From: Ionaspis alba | Lineage: Eukaryota | Assembly (NCBI GenBank): GCA_964255285.1 | Contig: CAXUUL010000031.1 | Coordinates: 1 to 55,434, forward strand | Direction of reading: 5' to 3' | Length of the DNA stretch: 55,434 nucleotides | Part shown: piece by piece, positions 23,859-34,235 of the stretch | How positions within the stretch are numbered: the stretch's first letter is position 1 | Layout of the letters: every line of letters begins with the position of its first letter | Translations under genes and position numbers: made by a program | Notes under the pieces: model-generated | Databases searched by the model: none | Seen by the model: only the letters and a program-made list of their open reading frames with translations | Told to the model about the DNA's origin: nothing

Positions 23859-25484
23859 TCAACGCCAAAATTTCCAACCCTCCCTCTTTTCATGCACCCC
23901 GACCCCAACCAATTTCTCCACGCCCTCCCTTCCCACAGCATTGAGGAACTTTTCCTGATCAATCTCCTCGCCTCCCTCCTCATCGGTCCCATTTTTGAGA
24001 ATCGCGGGCCACAGTACCCCAACGCCATCACCCCCCAACAGCGTCTCATACACTTCAAAATTCTCAGCCTCTAAGCGTGATTCTAAATCTTGACGAGCTT
24101 CGAGAGCGGTATTAGGATTGAGAAGCGTGATTACACATCCGCCTCCACCTGCTCCCGTGAGCTTGGTCCAGCCTGCACCAACGATGTCGACCAATTCGCG
24201 TATACGCTCAAGGCGGGGATGTGAAACGCTAAGGGAAACAAGGAGGCCATGATTGAAGTTGAAGAGCTCGCCAATCTGACGAATGCAGTTCTCATTTTTT
24301 TCATCAAAATCTGGAGATGCGATGAGCTCGAGTGCGGATTCTGTGATCCTGTCCATTGCTTCGAGGATCAAGTTCGTCACGACCGGTTGGCTTTTCTTTA
24401 GAGCCCCGACTTTGGCTACTTCGGTGGCGGTCGATCGCGCTTGCTTCGTATTGACTAGCAACAATGGTAATTCCGGAAAGTCGCGCAGTGCTTTGACTTT
24501 GGGCTGTTTCCCGTAGTCTTCGCGCTTGAATATCACGGCTTTACCTCCTGCGGCGACGGTATTGTCCACTCCGCTGGGATTACCGTGAATGCACATCTCG
24601 CCCACAAAGGCCCATCGATTGATGCGTTCGATCTGTACCTCTGACTCCTCCCGGGGCTGATCGGGGTGAGGCCCTGCCAGTGTTCTTATCTGAAGCAGGA
24701 GTGCAGCGCTCAGACACACACTTATGCTTGCGCTGCTACCTAAGCCTGCGCCGATGGGCAAGGTGGATCGCAGGGTGTATATGCAACCAGGGAATGATTG
24801 GGAGCCTAAGCAGAGGAAAAGGTACAAAAAGGCCGAAGCTGCCGCCTGATGAATCTTGCGCACCTCAGGCGAAGCTTTTGCTGAAACCGTTGTGATATGT
24901 GGCTGCATTGCTTCCACTAGATCGGGGTCCAACGTCGTGACAAGATCATAGTAGAACTTCTTCTTGTCCGGATGCGAGAATGTAGACCAGGGTAGGGCAT
25001 CAATCTCCCAAGTATGACTAAGGCCAATGTCAGGAAATCGTAGCGATATTGTACGCCGTGTTTTCGAAAGAGCAGTGACCAAGAGATAGGACCTGAGAGA
25101 TATGGACGCAGCCATTGCGGCTTTCCCATGTACCACTGCATGTTCGCCAAAGACTATGACCTTCCCCGGGGCAGATGTCATGAAGGCAGGCATCATTGGG
25201 GAAGAGTACTTGCGGGTGAGAAAAGCATGTGGTTTGGTCGCAACTCCATTGATGTGTCGGTCTTCGCCATTGATGTTGACAGTGCGCATGTCATCTTCAA
25301 TTGGGCTCAGTGGTTTGTTGCGGTCCTTCGTGGGCGAGCCTAACTCCATCCCAGGGAACGAGACAGGTCGAGTACTCGAGGTGAGCGGGCTTCTGGGGCT
25401 GATAACTTTCTCTGATCCATCCTTGGCCCCTTGCTTCTCCCGAATTCCAGTTTTGAGCTTCCTGTTGACCTGCTCTGTAGACAT
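23859..25484 (-). CDS. ERG12: Mevalonate kinase, intronless, with an N-terminal low-complexity extension of about 100 aa
   Basis: GHMP motifs SAPGKVIVFGEHAVVHG, LPIGAGLGSSA, HGNPSGVDN and KLTGAGGGGC. Confidence 0.96.
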   Translation of the reverse strand: MSTEQVNRKLKTGIREKQGAKDGSEKVISPRSPLTSSTRPVSFPGMELGSPTKDRNKPLSPIEDDMRTVNINGEDRHINGVATKPHAFLTRKYSSPMMPAFMTSAPGKVIVFGEHAVVHGKAAMAASISLRSYLLVTALSKTRRTISLRFPDIGLSHTWEIDALPWSTFSHPDKKKFYYDLVTTLDPDLVEAMQPHITTVSAKASPEVRKIHQAAASAFLYLFLCLGSQSFPGCIYTLRSTLPIGAGLGSSASISVCLSAALLLQIRTLAGPHPDQPREESEVQIERINRWAFVGEMCIHGNPSGVDNTVAAGGKAVIFKREDYGKQPKVKALRDFPELPLLLVNTKQARSTATEVAKVGALKKSQPVVTNLILEAMDRITESALELIASPDFDEKNENCIRQIGELFNFNHGLLVSLSVSHPRLERIRELVDIVGAGWTKLTGAGGGGCVITLLNPNTALEARQDLESRLEAENFEVYETLLGGDGVGVLWPAILKNGTDEEGGEEIDQEKFLNAVGREGVEKLVGVGVHEKREGWKFWR

Positions 25485-25740
25485 TGTCAGTGTACTCGTC
25501 TTCGAAGGCGAGGCATTACAGAAGAAAATTTTATGGTAAGAATGAAAACGGCGTAGTCGGAGAAGAACTTGGCATTTAGAAGATAAATTCGATGCTAAAA
25601 TTGTTCCTGCGTAACATCGGGCCTAACCGTCGCCGATCAGGCCACCTTCCTCTGCGACGTCGCGGCTGACAACCAGGATATGTCATTAGTGAGCTGTCAC
25701 TCTTCCACAAAACTACCGTGATCTCTATCTAGAGCTCAAC

Positions 25741-27267
25741 ATGGATTTATTACAGGTAAGTCTTACATCTAGCTACTGCGTCACAAGCTGACAAGACTCG
25801 ACAGCGCCTTGCGCGATTCCTAGACCGGCCTGCTTTCCCATGGAAGAACTTGATCGTCGGATTCTCCGTCGGCCAATACCTATTCGAGGGCTTTTTATCC
25901 TTACGGCAGTACCGAATATTACAACAGAAGAAGCCCCCCAAGGTGCTTGAGAGTGAGATATCGCAGGATGTCTTCGACAAAAGCCAGGCTTACGGGCGGG
26001 CAAAGGCGAAGTTCGGCTTCATTTCGTCCCTGTATGGTCAGGTTCAGAACATTGCCTTCATATACGGCGATATACTTCCCAAACTCTGGGCTCTGACTGG
26101 AATCTGGTTGACTAAGTTCGTACCGGCGAAGTACTCGGGCGAGATCGTGCACACACTCATTTTCTTCTTTACTTTCAATCTTATTACAACTGTCCTCAAC
26201 CTGCCAATATCTTATTACAGCACGTTTGTTTTGGAAGAAAAATTTGGATTCAACAAACAAACGGTCAAGCTATGGGTCACGGACTTGATCAAAGGGCAGG
26301 CTCTTATGGTGGTTTTCGGTGTTCCGCTTCTCAGTGCCTTCCTGGCTATTATCCAAAAGACTGGGAATGGGTTCTTCTACTACCTATGGCTTTTTGGGAT
26401 TGGAGTCCAGGTTTTTGCGATCACAATATACCCGATTGCCATTCTTCCACTGTTCAATAAGCTATCGCCGCTGAAGGAGGGATCCTTGAAGACAGGAGTT
26501 GAAGGACTTGCGAAACGTCTTGAGTTTCCTCTCAAAGAACTATATGTCATTGATGGAAGTAAGCGGAGTGCACACAGCAACGCCTATTTCTACGGACTAC
26601 CGTGGAAGAAGCATATCGTCATCTACGATACCCTCATCGATAAGAGTGAAACCGAAGAGGTCGTTGCTGTATTGAGTCACGAACTTGGACATTGGAGCTT
26701 GAGCCACACGACGAAGCTTTTTGGAATCTCACAGGTATGGTGACTGATTGACCGTCCCTGGGCTTTGCTGACGCTGGATTAGTTTCATATGTTCTATCTT
26801 TTTGCACTATTCTCCGTTTTCATCAACAACCGCTCCCTATACCAGTCCTTCGGCTTCCACAACGAATTCCCAATCATCATCGGCTTCATCCTCTTTTCTG
26901 ATGCTCTAGCCCCCATGGACACCGTAGTGAAGCTCCTCATGAACATTCTAAGCCGCAAGTTCGAGTTTGAAGCAGGTTAGTCGCCGAAGCGTACCAACAC
27001 CTGAGACCGCTCGCTGATTGTTTCTTCGCAGACGAGTTTGCTATGAAGCTCGGATACACGAAAGAGCTTGCGAAATCTTTGATCAAACTCCAGGTACAGA
27101 ACCTGAGCACAATGGATGCGGATTGGATGTATGCTAGCTACCACTTCTCCCATCCAATTCTTCCGGAACGCCTCGGAGCATTGGGATGGACAAGCGACGA
27201 AAAGGTAACGAAGCGGAAGGAGGAGGATAGCGAGAAGCCTGTCAAGGCTGCAGATCGCGAGCTCTAG
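25741..27267 (+). CDS. STE24: CAAX prenyl protease 1 (M48 zinc metalloprotease); exons 25741-25755, 25805-26734, 26783-26975, 27032-27267
   Basis: FVLEEKFGFNKQT, DGSKRSAHSNAYFYG, HELGH (HExxH), SRKFEFEAD and SHPILPERL. Confidence 0.95.
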
Positions 27268-27387
27268 TCGGACGAGTCGATATAGACGATACCATTAGAA
27301 AATTTGATTGAATGGTTTGGAGACGTTCTGGTCACATTGCCGCATCCGAATGATGCTTCTCAGCCAGATCCATGGAGTAAAAGTTCC

Positions 27388-28032
27388 TCATCCCAGGGTT
27401 CCCTTTCCCTTCTTCGACTTCTTCTTCGACTTTTTCTCCGTCAAGGTCTCATGCTTCCGCTGTTTCTCCTTCCTCCGCCGTTCCTTCTTCCTCTGTCTCC
27501 TGGCTTCCTTGTCCACTGATGTAGCGGTGCCCTTTACCTGCGGCACTTCCTCATCTTCACCAGAGAGGATGGCAACAGCTTGGCTTCGATCTCCAACTTC
27601 TCCCACGGTATCCTCCTGCTCGCGTTCAAATTCCAACTTGTCCTTCCATCCGTCCTGCCCCATGTCCGCCTCCGGTCCTTGCCCTTCTAGATCAACAGCT
27701 CTTGCAGTACTAGGCCCGACCGTTTCCCCATCCGTGACGCCCTGTAATTCTGATACGCCCTCCCCTCCAAACTGTGCAAGCGAGAGATCTGCGCCAAGGT
27801 GCTCGCCCCGTAGACCGGCTTCGACTCTTTTCAGGTTGTGCAGAACGAGGCCTGTGTTCGAGCCAGAAGTCGCAGATATGGGTCCACTCTCAGTGAGGAG
27901 AGCATTGGGATGTAACGATGCATCTGTAGCTGTTGCTTCAAGGAAGGAAGAGAGCAATTTTAGTGCTTCTTCTTGGTTGATTCTGTGGGAGGATTGAAGG
28001 TGATGCGGCGGATAAGCATTGTAGGACGTCAT
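27388..28032 (-). CDS. Small nuclear protein, probably RNA polymerase I subunit A14/Ker1-like, with a Lys-rich tail
   Basis: INQEEALKLLSSFL and LHNLKRVEAGLRG resemble the A14 helices (yeast LSQLKRIQRDFKG). An acidic linker is followed by a poly-K/R C-terminus. Confidence 0.6.
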   Translation of the reverse strand: MTSYNAYPPHHLQSSHRINQEEALKLLSSFLEATATDASLHPNALLTESGPISATSGSNTGLVLHNLKRVEAGLRGEHLGADLSLAQFGGEGVSELQGVTDGETVGPSTARAVDLEGQGPEADMGQDGWKDKLEFEREQEDTVGEVGDRSQAVAILSGEDEEVPQVKGTATSVDKEARRQRKKERRRKEKQRKHETLTEKKSKKKSKKGKGTLG

Positions 28033-28265
28033 CCCAATGGTCAACGCATACGCTGCAAAACCCAAATCAGCGTGAGGAATGGTAAGGTTGTGCTGCTTTC
28101 AGAAAATTATTCACAATGCGTTTGCACAAAGTTGTTTAATATATGCATAAAATGGTAAACGCCAGTCAAGCACCTGCGCCAAGATTGAGACTCGCTTTCC
28201 ACTTCGACACTGAACTGTTAGGAGGCAGAAGTCAATTAAACTGCGGAACACCTCGAAACAATATA

Positions 28266-28725
28266 ATGCTTTGCCTACGAGTGATGCGCTCAATTGCGCT
28301 GGCTACAGAGTCATCCACCTCGGCTTCAATCAAGCAGCAATCCTTTGCCTGCAGAAGGTAGTCCGGAACTTGCCCAAGAGCTTGAGGTAGACACTGACGT
28401 CCTTTTCAGAACTCTGACTTCTCGTGCCCTCGTGCGTCCCAGCATTCTGCCCTCTGTAGCAGCACATCAATCCGCCGAGTGTTTCAGACCCTCTGTGGCA
28501 CCTTCAGCACCCACTACCTTAGTACATATCGACGTATTACCAAAAGTCTCGTCACACCCAGCACTAGCAGGCATCCAAGTCCGGAATGGGCCCCGAAATA
28601 CTTTTGATCCGAGTCATCGCGTCAGGAAGCGGAGGGCGGGGTTCCTTGCCAGGAAAAGATCGAGGACAGGAAGGAACATCTTGACGAAGAGGAGGTTAAA
28701 GAAAAGGAGCACACTCAGTCACTGA
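28266..28725 (+). CDS. MRPL34: Mitochondrial ribosomal protein bL34m; exons 28266-28357 and 28410-28725 (135 aa)
   Basis: C-terminal L34 signature RNTFDPSHRVRKRRAGFLARKRSRTGRNILTKRRLKKRSTLSH. The spliced length of 408 nt is in frame. Confidence 0.9.
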
Positions 28726-29467
28726 AGCGGAACGGCCTCTGCGTGCACTATTACATCTCTGTAGCGACGGAATTATGCGGGTCTTATTGCTTCCGGTGCA
28801 AGGTGTTCTGGATATCATTTGATACAGTACCCCAGTCACACAGTGCTCGAAGTTCTCTCCTAGCAAACAAAATATTGCAGAAGCTTCGTAAGACAACATA
28901 TGAAAGGTTTAATTATGTCTTGGAATTTCTTTTTATGAACATATCTCTCAGCAAATTGAAGAAAAATCCTCTCCTGCCATTCGTTCCATTTGAGCTGTGG
29001 GACTGTCATGATACTCTTCGATACGACTCCGCACATTGATGTTCTCTGACGCTGTGGTGGTCTTAGTATGTTCAGTCTATCAATGCGATTCTTTGCTAGC
29101 AACTTACGAGCTGTGTACCATTTACACTTAGGATTGATTGCTTCAGGAAAGGTTGTTACACAGTTGAGTAGCGGGAAGGGCGATATATTAACGCAGTCCA
29201 CTTTACCACGGAAGCAGAAAGTTCAGTCATTGCATTGTCATTGTGCCTTGGCCAAAGGCCCTAAGGCGTCGAAATCTTCTCCGCGCGAGGAAGTGATGCC
29301 AAAATGCAACTACTGCTAATCTATGATCATACTCGATCCAGTCTTGAAGTGGGTGCCCAATGGCAGAGAAGTCAACATGACATTCAATACTGTTCAAAGT
29401 AGCGGTTGATAATCACAGTGGTTTTCAGAGGATGAGTGGATCGAACAATTTGTAGAAAGCAACCCTC

Positions 29468-32179
29468 TTATCTACTCCTAGCACTCCTCCTGATCTCCCC
29501 TATAGCTTTACGCCGATGTTCGGAGTCTGCAAACAGCGCTTCAATCAGATCAGTCAACTCTTCTGCTGAGAACTCCAACGCCAGTTCTCCTTCCGTCCAA
29601 AGATACTTGATATCCACCAAAGAGCTCTCAAGTATATTAGAAAGGTACTGGAACTTGAGCCAGTTGGGAGTGTACACAGCCGTCAAGGGAAGTGGCTGCT
29701 CAGCATCCGGAGCACTGTCAACTGGCTTTTCAGGCTGGAACAGATCCTCGAGAGTGGCGATCTGGTTGCAATACGCTGTGAGGCGCTGCGACTCCGGTTC
29801 AGAAATATCACTCATATCCTCGACGTCTACGATTATTTTGTTGATGACAGTTGAGACAAGAGAGCCGATGGATTGGAGCAGTGCCGAGTGAGAGAGAACT
29901 CCTTTCCATTGCTGATATACACCCCGTAGTCTGTCGACTGTGGAGCTGATTGCTAGGTCGCATTCCTGCGCGAATGGGTGCTCTGTACAATTTGCGAAGC
30001 CTTGAGCGCCATCTAGCAGATCTCCCAGGATCGTTCGTTGCAACTCCATCTCCTTGCCGTACGCTCTCTTGCCAAAGATTTCGAGTGCTGATACGTCCTG
30101 TTCAATATCGAGCGTACCCCCGGTGGGCCGTGACTTCTGATGCTCAGCGAAGTCTCGGAGCTGCTCAGCCATGTATAGACTGTCGTTGTAGAGAAACATG
30201 TTGCCGCTGATATCTCGAGTGTAGAAGTTTGGTGCACATGCTCTGTACATCGACACCAACACACCAGGGAGCGAATATAGACCTGTAGCAGCAGGAGAAA
30301 TAGGATTACTGGATCTACAAAGATCAGTGAAAAGACTTGGACCACGAAAGCAAGTAACTTACTCCGCTCGTCTAAGCGTCTCAGCATCGGAGACTGCCTG
30401 AATGATAATTTCGAGGATCTGTTCAGGCAGGGCCGTGATGCTGTACATCTCTTTCAGAGTCACTTCCTTCTGAGCTGGAGTCTTTCCAGGCACACCTCCA
30501 TCGCCTCTTGTAGCTTCTTGTGTCTTAGATGCTGGTGGAGGAGAAGCAGGTGAAACTAAGTTCTCATTCTCGTCTCCCCAGCCCCAAGCATCGGCTCCGT
30601 CGTCGTCCTTTGAAGACGCGGTCATGTCATCTTGGTCTTCAGTGGCAGGCTGAGCAGTATTGTCCTCTAGATCCCAAGCACTGACGTCATCTTCGTCTTC
30701 TTCATGCTTGCCATTTACTTCGCGTGTGTGCTTCGAACTTGGCCTTTCCTGCTTGATATCCTCGTTGTCGGACCATCCTGCGTTCCAATCATCATTACCG
30801 CTATCAGTGAACATTGTGTCTTCCCGTGAGACGACCTGGGTTTCAACTCGCTCCACCTCTCTTGGCTCACCAAGACCGCGTACGAGTAGTTGTCTAATTG
30901 TGTGGAGGCCTGCATCTGACCTCTTAGTGAGCCACATCCGTGGGGCATCGTTCACCCATCTCATCAGCTCCTCGCTTCCGTGCCATCCATGTGAGTCTAA
31001 AGACTTGGCGAAGTCTCTACCCTCCTGTAGTGTCGCTTGAAAAGTAGAGATGCCGTTAAGATCCGAAGGTACGGAGTTCGATAGAGGGCCAGCCACAAGT
31101 CTGGATATTAAGCTTGGTATGAGGATCTCTGATAGGGGCATGGCGACAGAGGCTGGAAGCTGTGTATCTAAGAAGTCTATGATCTTCCTAACATCTGAAA
31201 AGAGCTGTGCTGTTGAAGATTCGCGCCTATACCCAGATATCGCAATTTCCTGGGCATTTACAGTTATTGTTCCAACGGTGCCATCGGGCTGGGGATTCAA
31301 TCGAGGTGTCAAGATGACTGTATCAAAGGCTTTTCGGAACGCGACTATTTTGTTCTTAAGAAGATCAAGATCATCCAATGCCGTAAACACAACTTCGCCA
31401 TCTATCGATAGATTGCCTGCCTATCATTAGTTTGACAACGGTCTTCCAGTGAGCAACGTACCAAGTGTTTCTTGATTAATCGAAATAGTCGAAGCTTTCG
31501 GATCGACACATATAAGGGTGTTCCAGAGTTCTGTAAGCCTCGCCCCGAGGACTTCACGAAAGTCTGTCACCCTGGCTCTCATGAGCCCAGCAAGTCTTGT
31601 ATTCTCACATCCATGCAATGAGCTCAATTGACCTTCAGCCTCTTTCAAAGACGACACAGCATCTGCCAACCTATCCGTCTGTTGGAAGTCTTGCCCGACA
31701 TCTAATGTGTGCCGTAGATCTTGAATCTGCTGTAGGGTGCTGGCCAAATTTTCATTGAAAGCGACCTCATCTTTAAGGAGATGAACTTTCGCCGAGGCAT
31801 CGTCGGTTTGCACTCGAAGTTTCTCGCGATGCTCTGCCTCGGTCGTGATCTCTTCCGCCAACTTTTGCGAGTCCTCGATGTCGCTACGTAGTTTTCGGGC
31901 CTGAGATACCCAGCCGTCGATATCTGGAGCACTTAGCTTACTAAGCTCACGGATGCTTGCCTATTTAGCCCTTTTGTCAGTGGAGAACTCCCATCGCTGT
32001 ATATTGCTTTCTCACACCTTGACCTCGTTTCGAGCTTGTTCAAGCAACTTGGCCAGGCTTTCCAAAGCGGATGACGGCAGCTCTGCTGCAATGACCTGCT
32101 CGTCATCTGGATAGGACCCATCTTTGACAGACTGGAAGACAGCTTGACTCAAAGTCTCACCTGATATCTGCGACGGCAT
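29468..32179 (-). CDS. ZW10: ZW10/Dsl1 family kinetochore and ER-tethering protein; 4 exons
   Basis: Acidic Trp-containing loop (DDWNAGWSD, DAWGWGD), MFLYNDSLY, DISEPES, WLKFQYL..ILESSL.DI..LW and LIEALF.DS..RRKAI. Confidence 0.88.
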
Positions 32180-33001
32180 CCCAGCTAATCTTGACAATCT
32201 CGAAAATCAATAGCTGGCTGTCAAATGAGAGCATAATTGCAGCATCCCGCTAGTGCTGCAGTAGTGCATGGCTAAGCAAGTCTCCCGGAGCGGGTGCGAT
32301 TTACTTCCGGCCACATGCCTTTGAGCAAGTCCTTCTATCCTTTCATAATGGGTACGTTGAGGATCTTTGGTGTCTATTCTTCTTCTTTCTTGTGGGATGA
32401 GCAAGGATGAGAGCACTGCAAGCCATTCCATCTGTCAATCTGCCACCTCAGTTCTGTCTTACTGCACCGAGTGTGCTCGTGACTAACACGGACAACCAAT
32501 TTATCCATGAAAATGATGTATCATTTCAACCAAATTCAACCAATGGTATGCAATTCTTCAGCGATTATTTCCAAGTCCCTCTTCAGTGTGGGGTCACGCC
32601 TCCAACGTGCGTTTTCAATGTGCCTTTCTTCTGGCGTCATTTCCTTTCAACCTTGCCCAATTACGTTTTCTTCCTCCGTAGCCCAGCGGCGGAGCTTCTG
32701 CCACGCTCGACGCTGTTGGGCCAAGAGGGCAGAATTTGACTACTCGGATCCTCAAAGTTCCATTTCCATGTCGATGGATGTACCAAGTGTGGATCTATTA
32801 GGGCCTGAAGGAGCCATGCAAAGCCTACCACTGTGGTTGCACGGGGCGGCGGGCAGAATCCAGCCCCATATGCGTTCCAATTTGAGGTGAAAGAGGTTTG
32901 CTTTGTTTTCGACTGCGATCTCCTTTTTGCGAAGTATATAACGTCTCTTGCATCAATCTTAGAAACATTCCTAACTCCTACACATATTTGATATTCCAAA
33001 G

Positions 33002-33369
33002 ATGATGTACCGTTGTATTTTTTCATTGTCAATTTTTCTCCTAATTGCCCTTGTACATTCAGCATACGCAGTGGCAATACCAGCTCCTCCAGCAGGACAG
33101 GCGCCTCCCCAACCNNNNNNNNNNNNNNNNNNNNNNNNNNNNNNNNNNNNNNNNNNNNNNNNNNNNNNNNNNNNNNNNNNNNNNNNNNNNNNNNNNNNNN
33201 NNNNNNNNNNNNNNCAGCATACGCAGTGGCAATACCAGCTCCTCCAGCAGGACAGGCGCCTCCCCAACCAGTTCCTGATGGTCAAGGTGCTGCCCCGCCA
33301 CCTCTGCCTGCTGGAGGTCAACCGCTTACTGGGAGTTGGGTCGTCTCTCTGACGAGGATGGCCACGTGA
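33002..33369 (+). CDS. Putative small secreted Pro/Gly/Gln-rich protein spanning the assembly gap; downstream part may be decayed
   Basis: Signal-peptide-like MMYRCIFSLSIFLLIALVHSAYA followed by VAIPAPPAGQAPPQ. The frame is continuous if the duplicated gap flanks are collapsed. Confidence 0.45.
33115..33214. other. Assembly gap (100 N) flanked by an exact 55-bp duplication (33060-33114 = 33215-33269)
   Basis: The identical string cagcatacgc...ccccaacc lies on both sides of the N run. Confidence 0.95.
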
Positions 33370-34235
33370 GCGTTCTCGATATGAGTCTGGAGCCTTGGCA
33401 TTCTTAAAATTGTACTGACACTTATGGCTGCAGCCCTCCGACCTGGCCTGTTCTCAGTGGCTCGATAGGACTGGCAAAGCCAACTATAACGCCGTGATAG
33501 CACGTGGAGAGCAGAGATCCAGGCAGAGAACAGAGGTCTTCTCTGCTTGGTTGTCCATCACCAGAGATGACGAGCCTTAGTCAGAACATAATAGATCTGC
33601 ATGCACCATGTCCATAAGCCATACCATAACCGACTACCAATCGACTAAGAGGGTGGAGGTCTTCACGGCTGGCAAAGACAAGGCAAATAAGAAGCTCGCT
33701 AGGCTTGGTAGTAGGACTCGAGAAGGAATTGCGCTGTCTGGAGCAAATCTGCATATGGCGTCGACATCAATTTCGATCTCGTAGACTTTGCCACAAATGA
33801 AGAAACTTTTACCCGACCAGAGTTCCTATGTCCTCACATCTATAGTCCGCTAGGGAAGAGGCTCGTCCACAAGCAGGTCTGAAAGACGGAGAAGTCACTC
33901 TCCTAGAACGACTTCAGGCCCCTGATCTCGGAGATGATCGGTTCCTGATAGCCTTGGAAAGAAGCCAAGGGTTCAATCTAGCGCTCAGCTTGTGATCTAC
34001 CAACAATAGAGCAAAGTGCTGGAGACGTTTGTGTGTCTGTCCTAGTAGCGCGTGTTACCATCCTCAATCATCGTGCCAGCCCCTAAGAAATGAACATGTC
34101 TCGTCATTTTACAACATTGGACCGATGCTATCTACCGCGTAATGCCCATAAGTCGAGTGCCAGAGTAGAGTACATACCCACGAACACCCATATATACAGA
34201 CCACCTATCTTTCTGAGCCCAGTCCGGCGCTTCAA

